Below, piece after piece: positions 53,206-64,000 of a stretch of DNA of 64,000 bases (positions are counted from its first letter, which is position 1; the number at the start of each line of letters is the position of its first letter). The position numbers and the translations under genes are program-made. This DNA comes from Eledone cirrhosa. Its lineage: Eukaryota. Under the pieces are notes generated by a model. It worked only from the letters and a program-made list of their open reading frames with translations, was not told where the DNA came from and did no database searches. The stretch covers positions 315,022,001-315,086,000 of the forward strand of contig OZ024741.1 of assembly GCA_964016885.1 (NCBI GenBank), in the 5' to 3' direction.

Positions 53206-53352
53206 ATATATATATATATATATTGTGTGTGTGTGTGTGTAACGTTTATTCGAAATATTTACTTTTGCGTTCACAGATTGAATTTTTTTTAGTTTCAGAA
53301 GATCCCGTTAAGAGTGAAAGCAGCGATTCTTTGCTTAAACTTTAATCTGTTA

Positions 53353-53418
<66 letters not shown>

Positions 53419-53568
53419 ATCATATATTCGTGTACAGATATTTTTGCATACACAATAACAAAATATAAACAAACTTATTTATTTCACGAGGCTCGATAAG
53501 GATAAATATATATCAAATATATAAGAACCCTAGAGCAAATCCCGAGCAACGCCGGGCCATTCTGCTAG
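52794..53568 (+). mobile_element. Non-autonomous Helitron
   Basis: 5' TC, (CTGT)n near the 5' end, subterminal hairpin cccgagcaacgccggg, 3' CTAG, inserted between A and T with no TSD. Confidence 0.9.
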
Positions 53569-53608
53569 TATTCTTAAAAAGTCTCCAGCTGCATTTTCGA
53601 CTTCTTTT

Positions 53609-53686
<78 letters not shown>

Positions 53687-53899
53687 GTGTGTGTGTGTGT
53701 ATGTGTGTGTAGCTGTGTGTGAGAGTGGGTATCATACCGTTTCAACCATAACATTTTTAAATTACACATACATATAATCAAACACCGACCGGAACACACA
53801 CTCAGACAAGTGCGTGTGTCAGTTTGTGGGTTTTGTGTGTAAATAAGTGTAACACTATTAAAAGAAATGTAACAGTTAAAATTAAACAAAGGGAAATCC

Positions 53900-54385
53900 G
53901 AAATAGGGTGGAGATGTTCGAGGTCTGCTCGTCGAAAATTCCCATAAAACTACGAATACCCTGATCTCTAGGGTGAGTGCTCTGCCTTAGCAGTCCTCCT
54001 CCAAAATGCATTCACTTTCTCTCACCGGGCCCATTCAGACGTGCCATGCTCACATCTTTAACTCACCTTACCATAAACATCTTCGAGGGCAGAACATCTC
54101 ACTCTGACCTGAAATTTCTCTTGGTGTAAAAACCTGAAAATTTAATCAGGGCTTCGTCAGAAGGAATATGCAGATATTCAACCCTTTCAAACGTGTCCAC
54201 CGAGAGGAGCCAGCACATACTGACTATAGGAAGGATGCAGCGTGAACTTCATAGTGGACACAACTGATAGCTGGATTCCTCCAACACACAACAGCATGTG
54301 TTTGATATAAATTTACATTACAGCAATGCTCGGACACAGGAGGTGGCGTGTATGGTGGTTACCTCGACCTGCGCACATCTCGTAC
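53900..54385 (-). pseudogene. Old, diverged Tx1 3' fragment
   Basis: gggcccattca, aatcagggcttcgtcagaagg and aaccctttcaaacgtgtccacc match Tx1 ORF2 C-termini in this window. Confidence 0.65.
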
Positions 54386-55081
54386 ATGCATAGGGAAATT
54401 GGGGACGTAAGTAAAGGGGAGGGTTATGGGAGAGGAGATTGTAGGGTGTGGTGTTGCATACTAGGTATATGCCTTAGTCCGAGAATAATAGGAGGTGCGT
54501 CTTCTGTATTACATCATAGCGCCAGAAGTCACGGTCCTGTGTCATCCCCTTAATGATATCTATTTGAGCAAAGTCAGCTTTTATTATCTCATCTCAAGCC
54601 TTCCTAGACCTGCCTACTCCATTGCTACAATCAACTTTGAACGCTCCGTGCCGTTTTATACAGCTGTCTGCTTCATAAGCATGACTTGCCCACATCAACC
54701 CAATCTCCTCTCCTGCAGACAACATTTGATCCCTCTTATGGCTAATATCTCGCGCAGTTCGTCCATCCTTTGCCGTTCGCGTATGTTGCTATTGCACATC
54801 CATCGAAGGATGGTTGTGCAAAACCAGCCACAACATTACTAGTCCTCCACGCAGCGGATATTGGCCGGGGTTAACTTTGCCTTTCATCCTTTTTAGGTCG
54901 ATAAAAATGAACCAGTCTGGTAGTGGGGTCGATTCATCCTCTCTCTGGAAGAAATCTGCTGTACACAGGTCTGGAGAAGTAAGGGCTCCACCAGGCTTAA
55001 AATGCCTAAGAAACGCTCTATGTCAATACAGCTCCCCTACGACTCTATCAGGAGTACCGGAAACAAAACTCAAAAATAAAT

Positions 55082-55126
<45 letters not shown>

Positions 55127-55605
55127 TTGATTCGTTAAGTAATTATCGTTAAATGTAGGAACAAAAACGATAATAATCGTACGACCAGATTCCTGTTATT
55201 TTCTGATTATATTGTTTTTCTCTTCCATTATGTTTTGTAACATTGATTTTACCGACCATAAAAATCTCTGTATATAATATAGTGTATCGATATAATATTC
55301 AATAAGCTTATTCAGATTCATTGTTTATAACCAAAACATTATTGATATATTATAACATTGTAACTTCCATGTGTTATTGATAACTGCATGTAATAAATAA
55401 TAACTCCAACATTATTCTCTATTTCGAATGTACAGGCACATGTCTTTTTATCAACTCCAATGACAGTTACAATGGATTTGGACATTGTAGTGACGGATGT
55501 TATCCGGGTTTTCAAGGTTTTAAATGCCAACGTGGTATATCCTAAACATGTTACTTATTTACTATATATATATATGTATATATATACATATATAGTAAAT
55601 AATGA

Positions 55606-55813
55606 TGCTAGGGAGAAAACTCTGCATAGTGTTCAAATAGTTGAAACATTTGTAAGGGAATATTTCTGAATAAATTTACGTAAAAGCCCATTATCTTTCA
55701 ATTATATATATATATATTGAAAGATAATGGGCTTTTACATAAATTCATTCGGAAATATTCCATTACAAATGTTTCAACTATTTTGAACATTATGCAGAGT
55801 TTTCTCCCTAGCA
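55606..55813. repeat. ~97 bp inverted repeat with a (TA)n spacer
   Basis: tgctagggagaaaactctgcat...ttatctttcaat / attgaaagataa...atgcagagttttctccctagca. Confidence 0.93.
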
Positions 55814-56341
55814 ACAATCGGGTCTCTTCAGGTGGTCCCCCGAACATTAATCTATCCTCCACCGGTTCCATGAAATGTTATCGATGACTAGTAGGCTGTA
55901 TGTGTGTTGGTGGTGCTTGGGGAACTTCTCTATGATTCTCTTAAGAGGTATTGATTTGATCACCACTTTATAGGGTGGTTGATATTGGAGAGAGAAAAAA
56001 CTGAATATTATCAGCTCCCCTATCTGTGCACACCTGGTTGTCCATAGAACCAGTTGTGGAAAACTAATCTGAAGAGACCAGCTGGATACTAAGGAAACAT
56101 ATGCATAGTCACCTAACCCCTTGAAACACAGGCAATGGAAAATTTCCGGAGAAATTGATGTAAAACTATTTATGCATACTTATTCTTCAATGTATATAGG
56201 CCGCATACCACCTGATGAAATCGAAAATGCTTCGGTTGGGTGCTTATTTCAGGATAATTCGAGAACTGCAGTTCAAGTACTGTTGGTATGTTGGTACAGT
56301 GTCCTAACTGGTCTTCTATCTGCATACAATACTCTCTGTCT

Positions 56342-56704
<363 letters not shown>

Positions 56705-57559
56705 ACTTCTGATTTAGCCTAAGAAAATATCTATATGCGTGTGTAATTTATACAAGCATATATTTATTTTTTTATTTTCAATTGAGTTCTTAAACACGTT
56801 GGATTGATAATGTTTTCATAAAAACTAATTAACCCGCGTGTATATTATTTTTTTTCCTCATTTCGTGGATCGTGGGTTGTCTCCCCTTCCCGCTTCGTGT
56901 CGCTATGATACTTCCTCACTCAAAAACTGCTGGAATTTCAAATTTGGCGGTCATTTGAGGTGAGAAAGAGCAACTTTACGGACATGATTTTTGACAGCGG
57001 TAAGAAATTGTTTTCTTATATCAATGTTTAATGGGCTTCCACTGATGATTTATAAGTGCCCACCTAAATATATTCTTACATGAATATATATTAGGCTTCT
57101 ACATAAACTGGAAACATTCTCCCAAATTTGTAGAAAACTTATAATGAAACAATTGTTTGGAAAGAGAGATGTACTTTAACTTTAATTATATCTCATAAAA
57201 TAATACAACTGGTTTTTCCACATTATACATATTGTTAGCACCCCAAACACTTAAATTGGGTTTATATTTTAATATAACCTAATGTTTCTTGAGTGAGATG
57301 GTTACCAGTCAGAGTTTAGCTTTAAACTATCTCTGTTATTGTATTAAATATATATATGTATATGCATATATGCCTACTAGCCACTACAATATAGATGCCT
57401 AGAGTCCAGCATGGTATACCTATGCACTATCAAGTCTGACAATCTAGCATAGCACTACATATGTCCTACGGCTGGCGAAAAGAGGTACGTGCATCGACAC
57501 CCCATAAAAAAAACGAAAACTCGGTAATACAACAACGTTGGCCAATAAAACTGGCAGTT

Positions 57560-59186
<1,627 letters not shown>

Positions 59187-59413
59187 TTTCTTTTTTCAGT
59201 GTGGTCTATCTCTGGTCGTAGAGTCAGTACCGTAGATAGAACTCAATGTAATCCAGTGAAATCCATAGACAAGTTTTGTGTTTCGCTGTGTTAATTCTAT
59301 GATGCACAGTCAAATATTAGGTATTAAATTAACAATGAAAGTAAAAACAACAAAATAAAAACAACTAAGTTATAAAGTAATTTGACTGTCGTATTTTCAT
59401 TGTTAATTTAATA

Positions 59414-59475
<62 letters not shown>

Positions 59476-59479
<4 letters not shown>

Positions 59480-59715
59480 AGTGTGACAAGAAGCTTCCTT
59501 CCCAACCACATGTTTCCGGGTTCAGTCCCATTGGCCGGGTCGACCAAAGCCCTGTGAGTGGATTTGATAGACTGAAACTAAAAGAAGCTCGTCGTATATA
59601 TGTATATATGTCTGTGTGTGTATTTGCGTTTGTGTTTGCCCTCCCACCAATGCTTGTTGGTTTGTTGACATCCCCATAATATACCAAGTTGATGCTCCAG
59701 CATGGGCGTAGTCCA
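59476..59715 (+). mobile_element. Second tRNA-derived SINE family (octopus-type), internally deleted
   Basis: aagaagcttccttcccaaccacatgtttccgggttcagtccca (B box-like) then ccaaagccctgtgagtggatttg..gaaactaaaagaagc. Confidence 0.7.
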
Positions 59716-59728
59716 GATGTGTCTAGGA

Positions 59729-60219
59729 GAGGGGTCTCAAACTAAAGGACACAAAAGGGCCATTACTTCCTGGAGAAGAGGCACAGTGGTCCAAACGTGA
59801 TGGTGGTTGATGATTTTTCACCAATTATAATCATTTCTACTGTAGGAACAAGGCATGAAATTTGGGGTATAAGGTCCCGTCGTTTACATAGACCCCAATA
59901 CACAACTGGTACTTAATTAATCGACCCCAAAGTGACGAAAAGCAAAGTTGAGATCGACGGAATTTGAACTCAGAACGCCCAAAGTATCGCTAAGCATTTC
60001 GCCAGATGTGCTAACGGTTCCACCAGCTCAATGCCTTATTTCCACCAGTTATAATTGTTTCTACTATTGGCACAAGGCCAGCAATGACCCAGTACATTAC
60101 TGGTACTTTATTTTATCGACCCCGTAAGGATGAAAGGAAAAGTTAACCTCGGCCTGAAATATTACATCTACCACGGGCAATAGAAAAGTAGTTCGCGGGC
60201 CACATGTTTGAACCCCCTG
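59729..60219. mobile_element. hAT-like MITE remnant carrying two SINE insertions
   Basis: Imperfect TIRs aggggtctcaaac / gtttgaaccccctg with a subterminal cgcgggcc; no clean 8 bp TSD. Confidence 0.6.
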
Positions 60220-60246
60220 TTGAATAGATAGATAGCAAGATAGATA

Positions 60247-63200
60247 TATTTCTTTATTAGCCACAGGGGCACAAAGGAAGGGGACAAATACAAAGGGGGA
60301 AGTTTACATACAATAAAAACGTGTAAAATGTTATCACAGATGGAATTTAAAAAGTTAGTCGATTTTCCCCAATAGAGGGAGACAGTTTATATGGGTAACA
60401 CATACCCCCGAAAAAAATGTGCAACCCTCATCTCCAGGAGTACGAAGAGTTTGTACTCCCTTCCTCTCCTCCTCCTTTTCCTCAACCTACAGGCTGATAT
60501 AGAGAGAAGGCCCATTCACTCGGGCTATTTTCGCCACTTTCAACCACCTTTCATAAAACTTGCTGGGGTACAGCACCTCTCTCTCCATCCTGATTCTTCT
60601 TCCAAAGTGGTATTTGAAAAAAAGAATCAGTTGTTGGCCGGAGAGAAAGGTGTCTGACCTCAGCCCTTTCAACCTTGTCCACCATACAACCTCTTTCGCC
60701 ATAGCTATCACACAAAGGAAAACCGCCTCTCCTTCGTTTTTGAAGGAGGGTGGCGGTTTGATCATGACAATGGAATCGGTGGTCAACTGGACTGGTCCCA
60801 CCCGCGACAATAGTCGTTCTACATAGCCCCACAGGTCAGTGACGCCCGGGCAGTGTATGAATGCGTGCGCGACGGTTTCTTCGTCTCGCACGCACCTCGG
60901 ACAGATCTTTTTTGCAGGGTCCCTGCCCGGGCGCCCATGTCTGTAGAGCTTGTCTCGAACTGGTAGAGCTCCTCGGTAGCACTGCCAGGCCAGGGACTTT
61001 TGGAAGTTTTCCATCGGTCCCGGGCGGAAGGTCCTACCGAACAGACTGGCCAGTTCATCTTCCTCTACGCCTAGAGTTTCACCGAGCGCGTCGTCGCACT
61101 TGCTGCGGACTAACCCTCTATAGAATGACGAAGTGGAATCTCCACTGATCTCCGGGTTCGCCTGCCAGAGGGCTGTGAGCGCCTGAGCACATTCGATGTG
61201 CCAGTCGCCCATTTTCCTCGGTCTTTGCTTGACCCAGGACTGCAGTTCGGTCAGCGAGACGAGTCGTGGGAAGGCTCGCCTCACGGACGGGGCCCACACC
61301 GGTTGTCCGGTGAGGAATACGTAGAGATGCCGCAGCCTGAGCGCGTGTTTGCGCATCGTCAACCACGGCATCCCCAGCCCTCCGTTAGAAGGGTGTTGGC
61401 AGCAGATGGATCTTCTCACCAAAGGAGCCCGCCTCTTCCAAAGGAATCGGTAGAGCGCGCGCTCCATTTTGGAGAGCGTTTTGGCTGGACAAGGCACGAC
61501 GGTCAAGCGGTAGTAGATGGCGGACGCTATAAAAGTGTTCGCCACCTCCGCTCGACCTTTCAAGGATAATTTGCACTCGGCCCACTTCTGGGTGAGTGCA
61601 AACACCTTGGCCGTCACTTCGTTCCTGTTCTTCTCCACCTGGAGGTCCGGACCAAACCAGACCCCGAGCAGCTTTACCGGTCCTTCCGTCCAGCGTCCGA
61701 CGACGCCATCGGAAGGCATCGGTCTGCCTCTCCACGATCCGAGTTGCAAACCGATGGACTTATCCCGGTTCAGCTTCGCTCCTGTGAGACTTTCGTATTC
61801 CTTCAGTAAGGTGCCGACTTCCTCGATTTGCGAGGCGCTCGACACCATTACAGTCACGTCGTCGGCGTAGGCCGACGCCGCTTTCCGCAGTCGCGGTTCC
61901 AGAGGGATGCCCTGCAATAGCTCCAGCTTCCGCAGTAGTGGCTCGAGAGTCAGTACGTACAGAAGGGAGGAGAGAGGGCATCCCTGTCGAATGGATCGCG
62001 TAATATGAAACGGCTCCGAGAGGTAGCCGTTCACCTTGACCCTTGAGCAGATGTTGCTGTTGTGCATTGCAGCGATCCAGCCCCTGAACATGGGTCCGAA
62101 GCCTGCCGCCTCGAGCACCGCATCCAGGTAACGATGGTCAACCCTATCGAAAGCCTTAGACTGATCCAAGTTGATCATGGCCCCACCGAAGCCGGGTTTA
62201 CACCCTAACCTCTCTATGATGTATCGCATGAGGTGGAGGTTGTCGTGTATGGACCTGGTCGGGATTGCGCATGTCTGCGCTTCTCCCACCAGGTTCTCGA
62301 CGACACGCGCCAGCCTCTTTGCCAACACCTTGGCCAAAATCTGTAACTCTGTGTTTAGCAGAGTTATGGGCCGGAAGTTGCCTATGTCATCCCCCTTATT
62401 CTCGTCCTTCCTGATTAGTGTGACCACGCCCCCGGCTACAGAACTGGCAATTCTCCCGTTCTGTTGCCAGTTGCAGTAGACCGCTTCCAGGAGACCGGAG
62501 AATAAGTCCGGCATTGCTACGTAAAATTCGTAGGGTAGACCGTCGAGACCTGGAGATTTGCGTTTGCCGCATTGGCTCAGCGCGTCCCCTATCTCAATGG
62601 CTGAAATCGGCTTTTCGCAGAACTTCGCCTCGCTGTCCGAGAGTCGCGGTAGGCCGTCGAGGTATGGACCGAAATCCATAGCACCTCCCGACGCGCCGCT
62701 CCGCCCGAACAGCCGAGCAAAGTGCCGCTGAAAAGCCGCACACATCTGCTTCGGCTCACGTATCACGCGTCCGTTTTGGTCCCTCAAAGACCGAATCGTG
62801 GACTTGTTGCCACTTTTTGCCTCCGTCACTCGGGCCCAGCTAACAGCTTTGGCTCCCTCGTTTCCCAGAGCACGTATTTTGCTTCTGACAACGCAGCCCT
62901 CGTGCTTTGCGTCGAAGAACTGGTCCAAGGCCGTTCTCGTTGCTAGCACGCTGGCTACGTTGCCACTTCTAATTGCCTCTTCTACTTTATCTACCAGTTC
63001 CTTCTCGGTTCTATTTCTATCTAACGCTAATTCTTTACTAAAAACTATCGAGTCTAATCTAACTGCCCTTTTGAGAGAGTACCACCATCTGTTGTTGACA
63101 ATGGTCCCTGTCAAGTGCTGTTTAACTAAAGTGCTAATCCGTCTACTGTAGGCTTTGCTTGTCGGTAACGACAAGTTCAACTTCCAGTAGCCGGGTCCTT

Positions 63201-64000
63201 GTCTATGGGTTCTATCAAGGTTGGCCATGCAGGTCACTAGTTTGTGATCTGAATAGGCAACCATGAACATTTGTGGACAGCTTAACATGTCCCTATCCTT
63301 ATTTCTAACTAGAACCCTATCTAGGTACGATCTAGATGTTCCGCTACGATTACTCCACGTCCACAGTGGCGCAGTCGGAAAATCTAGTCGATATCTATCG
63401 GCCAGGTCAAATCGGTCGATTAACTGTTTGGGGCTGTTACATCCCCCTTTATCGGGACATGCTCCCACATAGTCCCAACGTGCATCTAGGATTCCATTCC
63501 AGTCCCCCACTAAAAGCAAGGAGCGGGAGGTTCCCAGAAAAGTTTCTAGACGTTTGAAGAAGTCTGGCCGCGGTGTCCCGGATGGGGCATATGCGGCCAC
63601 CAGCCTGAAGGCTCCACCTTCACTACCGTCAACATCTAGGACCACCAGTCGACCCTCCGGGTCCAGATGTACCGTCTGTGTTACGAGGCCCAGGTGTTTC
63701 CGCAGCAAAACGGCAACTCCGCCCCCACCCCCCTGTTGACAGAGAGATGCGTAGATCTCAAAGTCATCGAAGATGGGGGCCAGCTGTCGCTCGCCGTGGA
63801 TCCTGGACTCGCAAATGGCTACCACATCCATACTGTGCGACCTGAGCTCGTTTAAGAGTTTGCCCTGTTTCCAGGGCATCCCCAGGCCGCGTACGTTCAC
63901 ACATCCAACTCTTATATTGGCCATGTTGGTGCTGAAAAGTTAAAAGAGGAAAAGAGATCACTCACCCTTCGCCTCCTGGGGACCAGGCCGCACGATTTCC
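60247..64000 (-). mobile_element. Tx1 retrotransposon T7, young; continues beyond the window
   Basis: Intact ORF2, 3' end ...gtggctaataaagaaat, end of ORF1 at the window edge. Confidence 0.95.
60487..63924 (-). CDS. Tx1 ORF2: APE endonuclease + reverse transcriptase + C-terminal CCHC, 1145 aa
   Basis: VNVRG, GDWNG, YLDRV, SDHK, KSPGLDG, FRPITLLN, DQSKAFD, QGCPLS, AYADD, CPRC..ETVAHAFIHC; no stops. Confidence 0.96.
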   Translation of the reverse strand: MANIRVGCVNVRGLGMPWKQGKLLNELRSHSMDVVAICESRIHGERQLAPIFDDFEIYASLCQQGGGGGVAVLLRKHLGLVTQTVHLDPEGRLVVLDVDGSEGGAFRLVAAYAPSGTPRPDFFKRLETFLGTSRSLLLVGDWNGILDARWDYVGACPDKGGCNSPKQLIDRFDLADRYRLDFPTAPLWTWSNRSGTSRSYLDRVLVRNKDRDMLSCPQMFMVAYSDHKLVTCMANLDRTHRQGPGYWKLNLSLPTSKAYSRRISTLVKQHLTGTIVNNRWWYSLKRAVRLDSIVFSKELALDRNRTEKELVDKVEEAIRSGNVASVLATRTALDQFFDAKHEGCVVRSKIRALGNEGAKAVSWARVTEAKSGNKSTIRSLRDQNGRVIREPKQMCAAFQRHFARLFGRSGASGGAMDFGPYLDGLPRLSDSEAKFCEKPISAIEIGDALSQCGKRKSPGLDGLPYEFYVAMPDLFSGLLEAVYCNWQQNGRIASSVAGGVVTLIRKDENKGDDIGNFRPITLLNTELQILAKVLAKRLARVVENLVGEAQTCAIPTRSIHDNLHLMRYIIERLGCKPGFGGAMINLDQSKAFDRVDHRYLDAVLEAAGFGPMFRGWIAAMHNSNICSRVKVNGYLSEPFHITRSIRQGCPLSSLLYVLTLEPLLRKLELLQGIPLEPRLRKAASAYADDVTVMVSSASQIEEVGTLLKEYESLTGAKLNRDKSIGLQLGSWRGRPMPSDGVVGRWTEGPVKLLGVWFGPDLQVEKNRNEVTAKVFALTQKWAECKLSLKGRAEVANTFIASAIYYRLTVVPCPAKTLSKMERALYRFLWKRRAPLVRRSICCQHPSNGGLGMPWLTMRKHALRLRHLYVFLTGQPVWAPSVRRAFPRLVSLTELQSWVKQRPRKMGDWHIECAQALTALWQANPEISGDSTSSFYRGLVRSKCDDALGETLGVEEDELASLFGRTFRPGPMENFQKSLAWQCYRGALPVRDKLYRHGRPGRDPAKKICPRCVRDEETVAHAFIHCPGVTDLWGYVERLLSRVGPVQLTTDSIVMIKPPPSFKNEGEAVFLCVIAMAKEVVWWTRLKGLRSDTFLSGQQLILFFKYHFGRRIRMEREVLYPSKFYERWLKVAKIARVNGPSLYISL

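Overview
Eukaryotic, gene-free, repeat-saturated DNA. The SINE families and microsatellite style resemble a coleoid cephalopod, probably an octopod (recalled from memory, not searched). Bases 1-36.5 kb are a strand-polarised array of non-LTR retroelements, most of them separated only by short (AAT)n tracts. R4/Dong-type RLE retrotransposons (two families plus a fragment of a third) are all on +, six Tx1/L1-type APE retrotransposons are all on -, and a tRNA-derived SINE has a 3' end resembling the Tx1 3' end. Bases 36.5-60 kb hold microsatellites, decayed RTE, hAT and Penelope fragments, a Neptune-like Penelope element with long inverted arms (one interrupted by a precisely inserted non-autonomous Helitron), and several hammerhead-ribozyme motifs next to (TA)n tracts. 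The window ends in a Tx1 element with an intact 1145-aa ORF2 that abuts a (GATA)-like tract instead of (AAT)n. Most notable: the polarised (AAT)n retroelement sink, the apparent Tx1-SINE partnership, splice-donor-like motifs in the Tx1 inter-ORF spacers, pseudoknotted 5' leaders on both Dong-like families, and retrozyme-like mini-elements. All alignments and folds were done by eye, so boundaries are approximate unless a junction is quoted.
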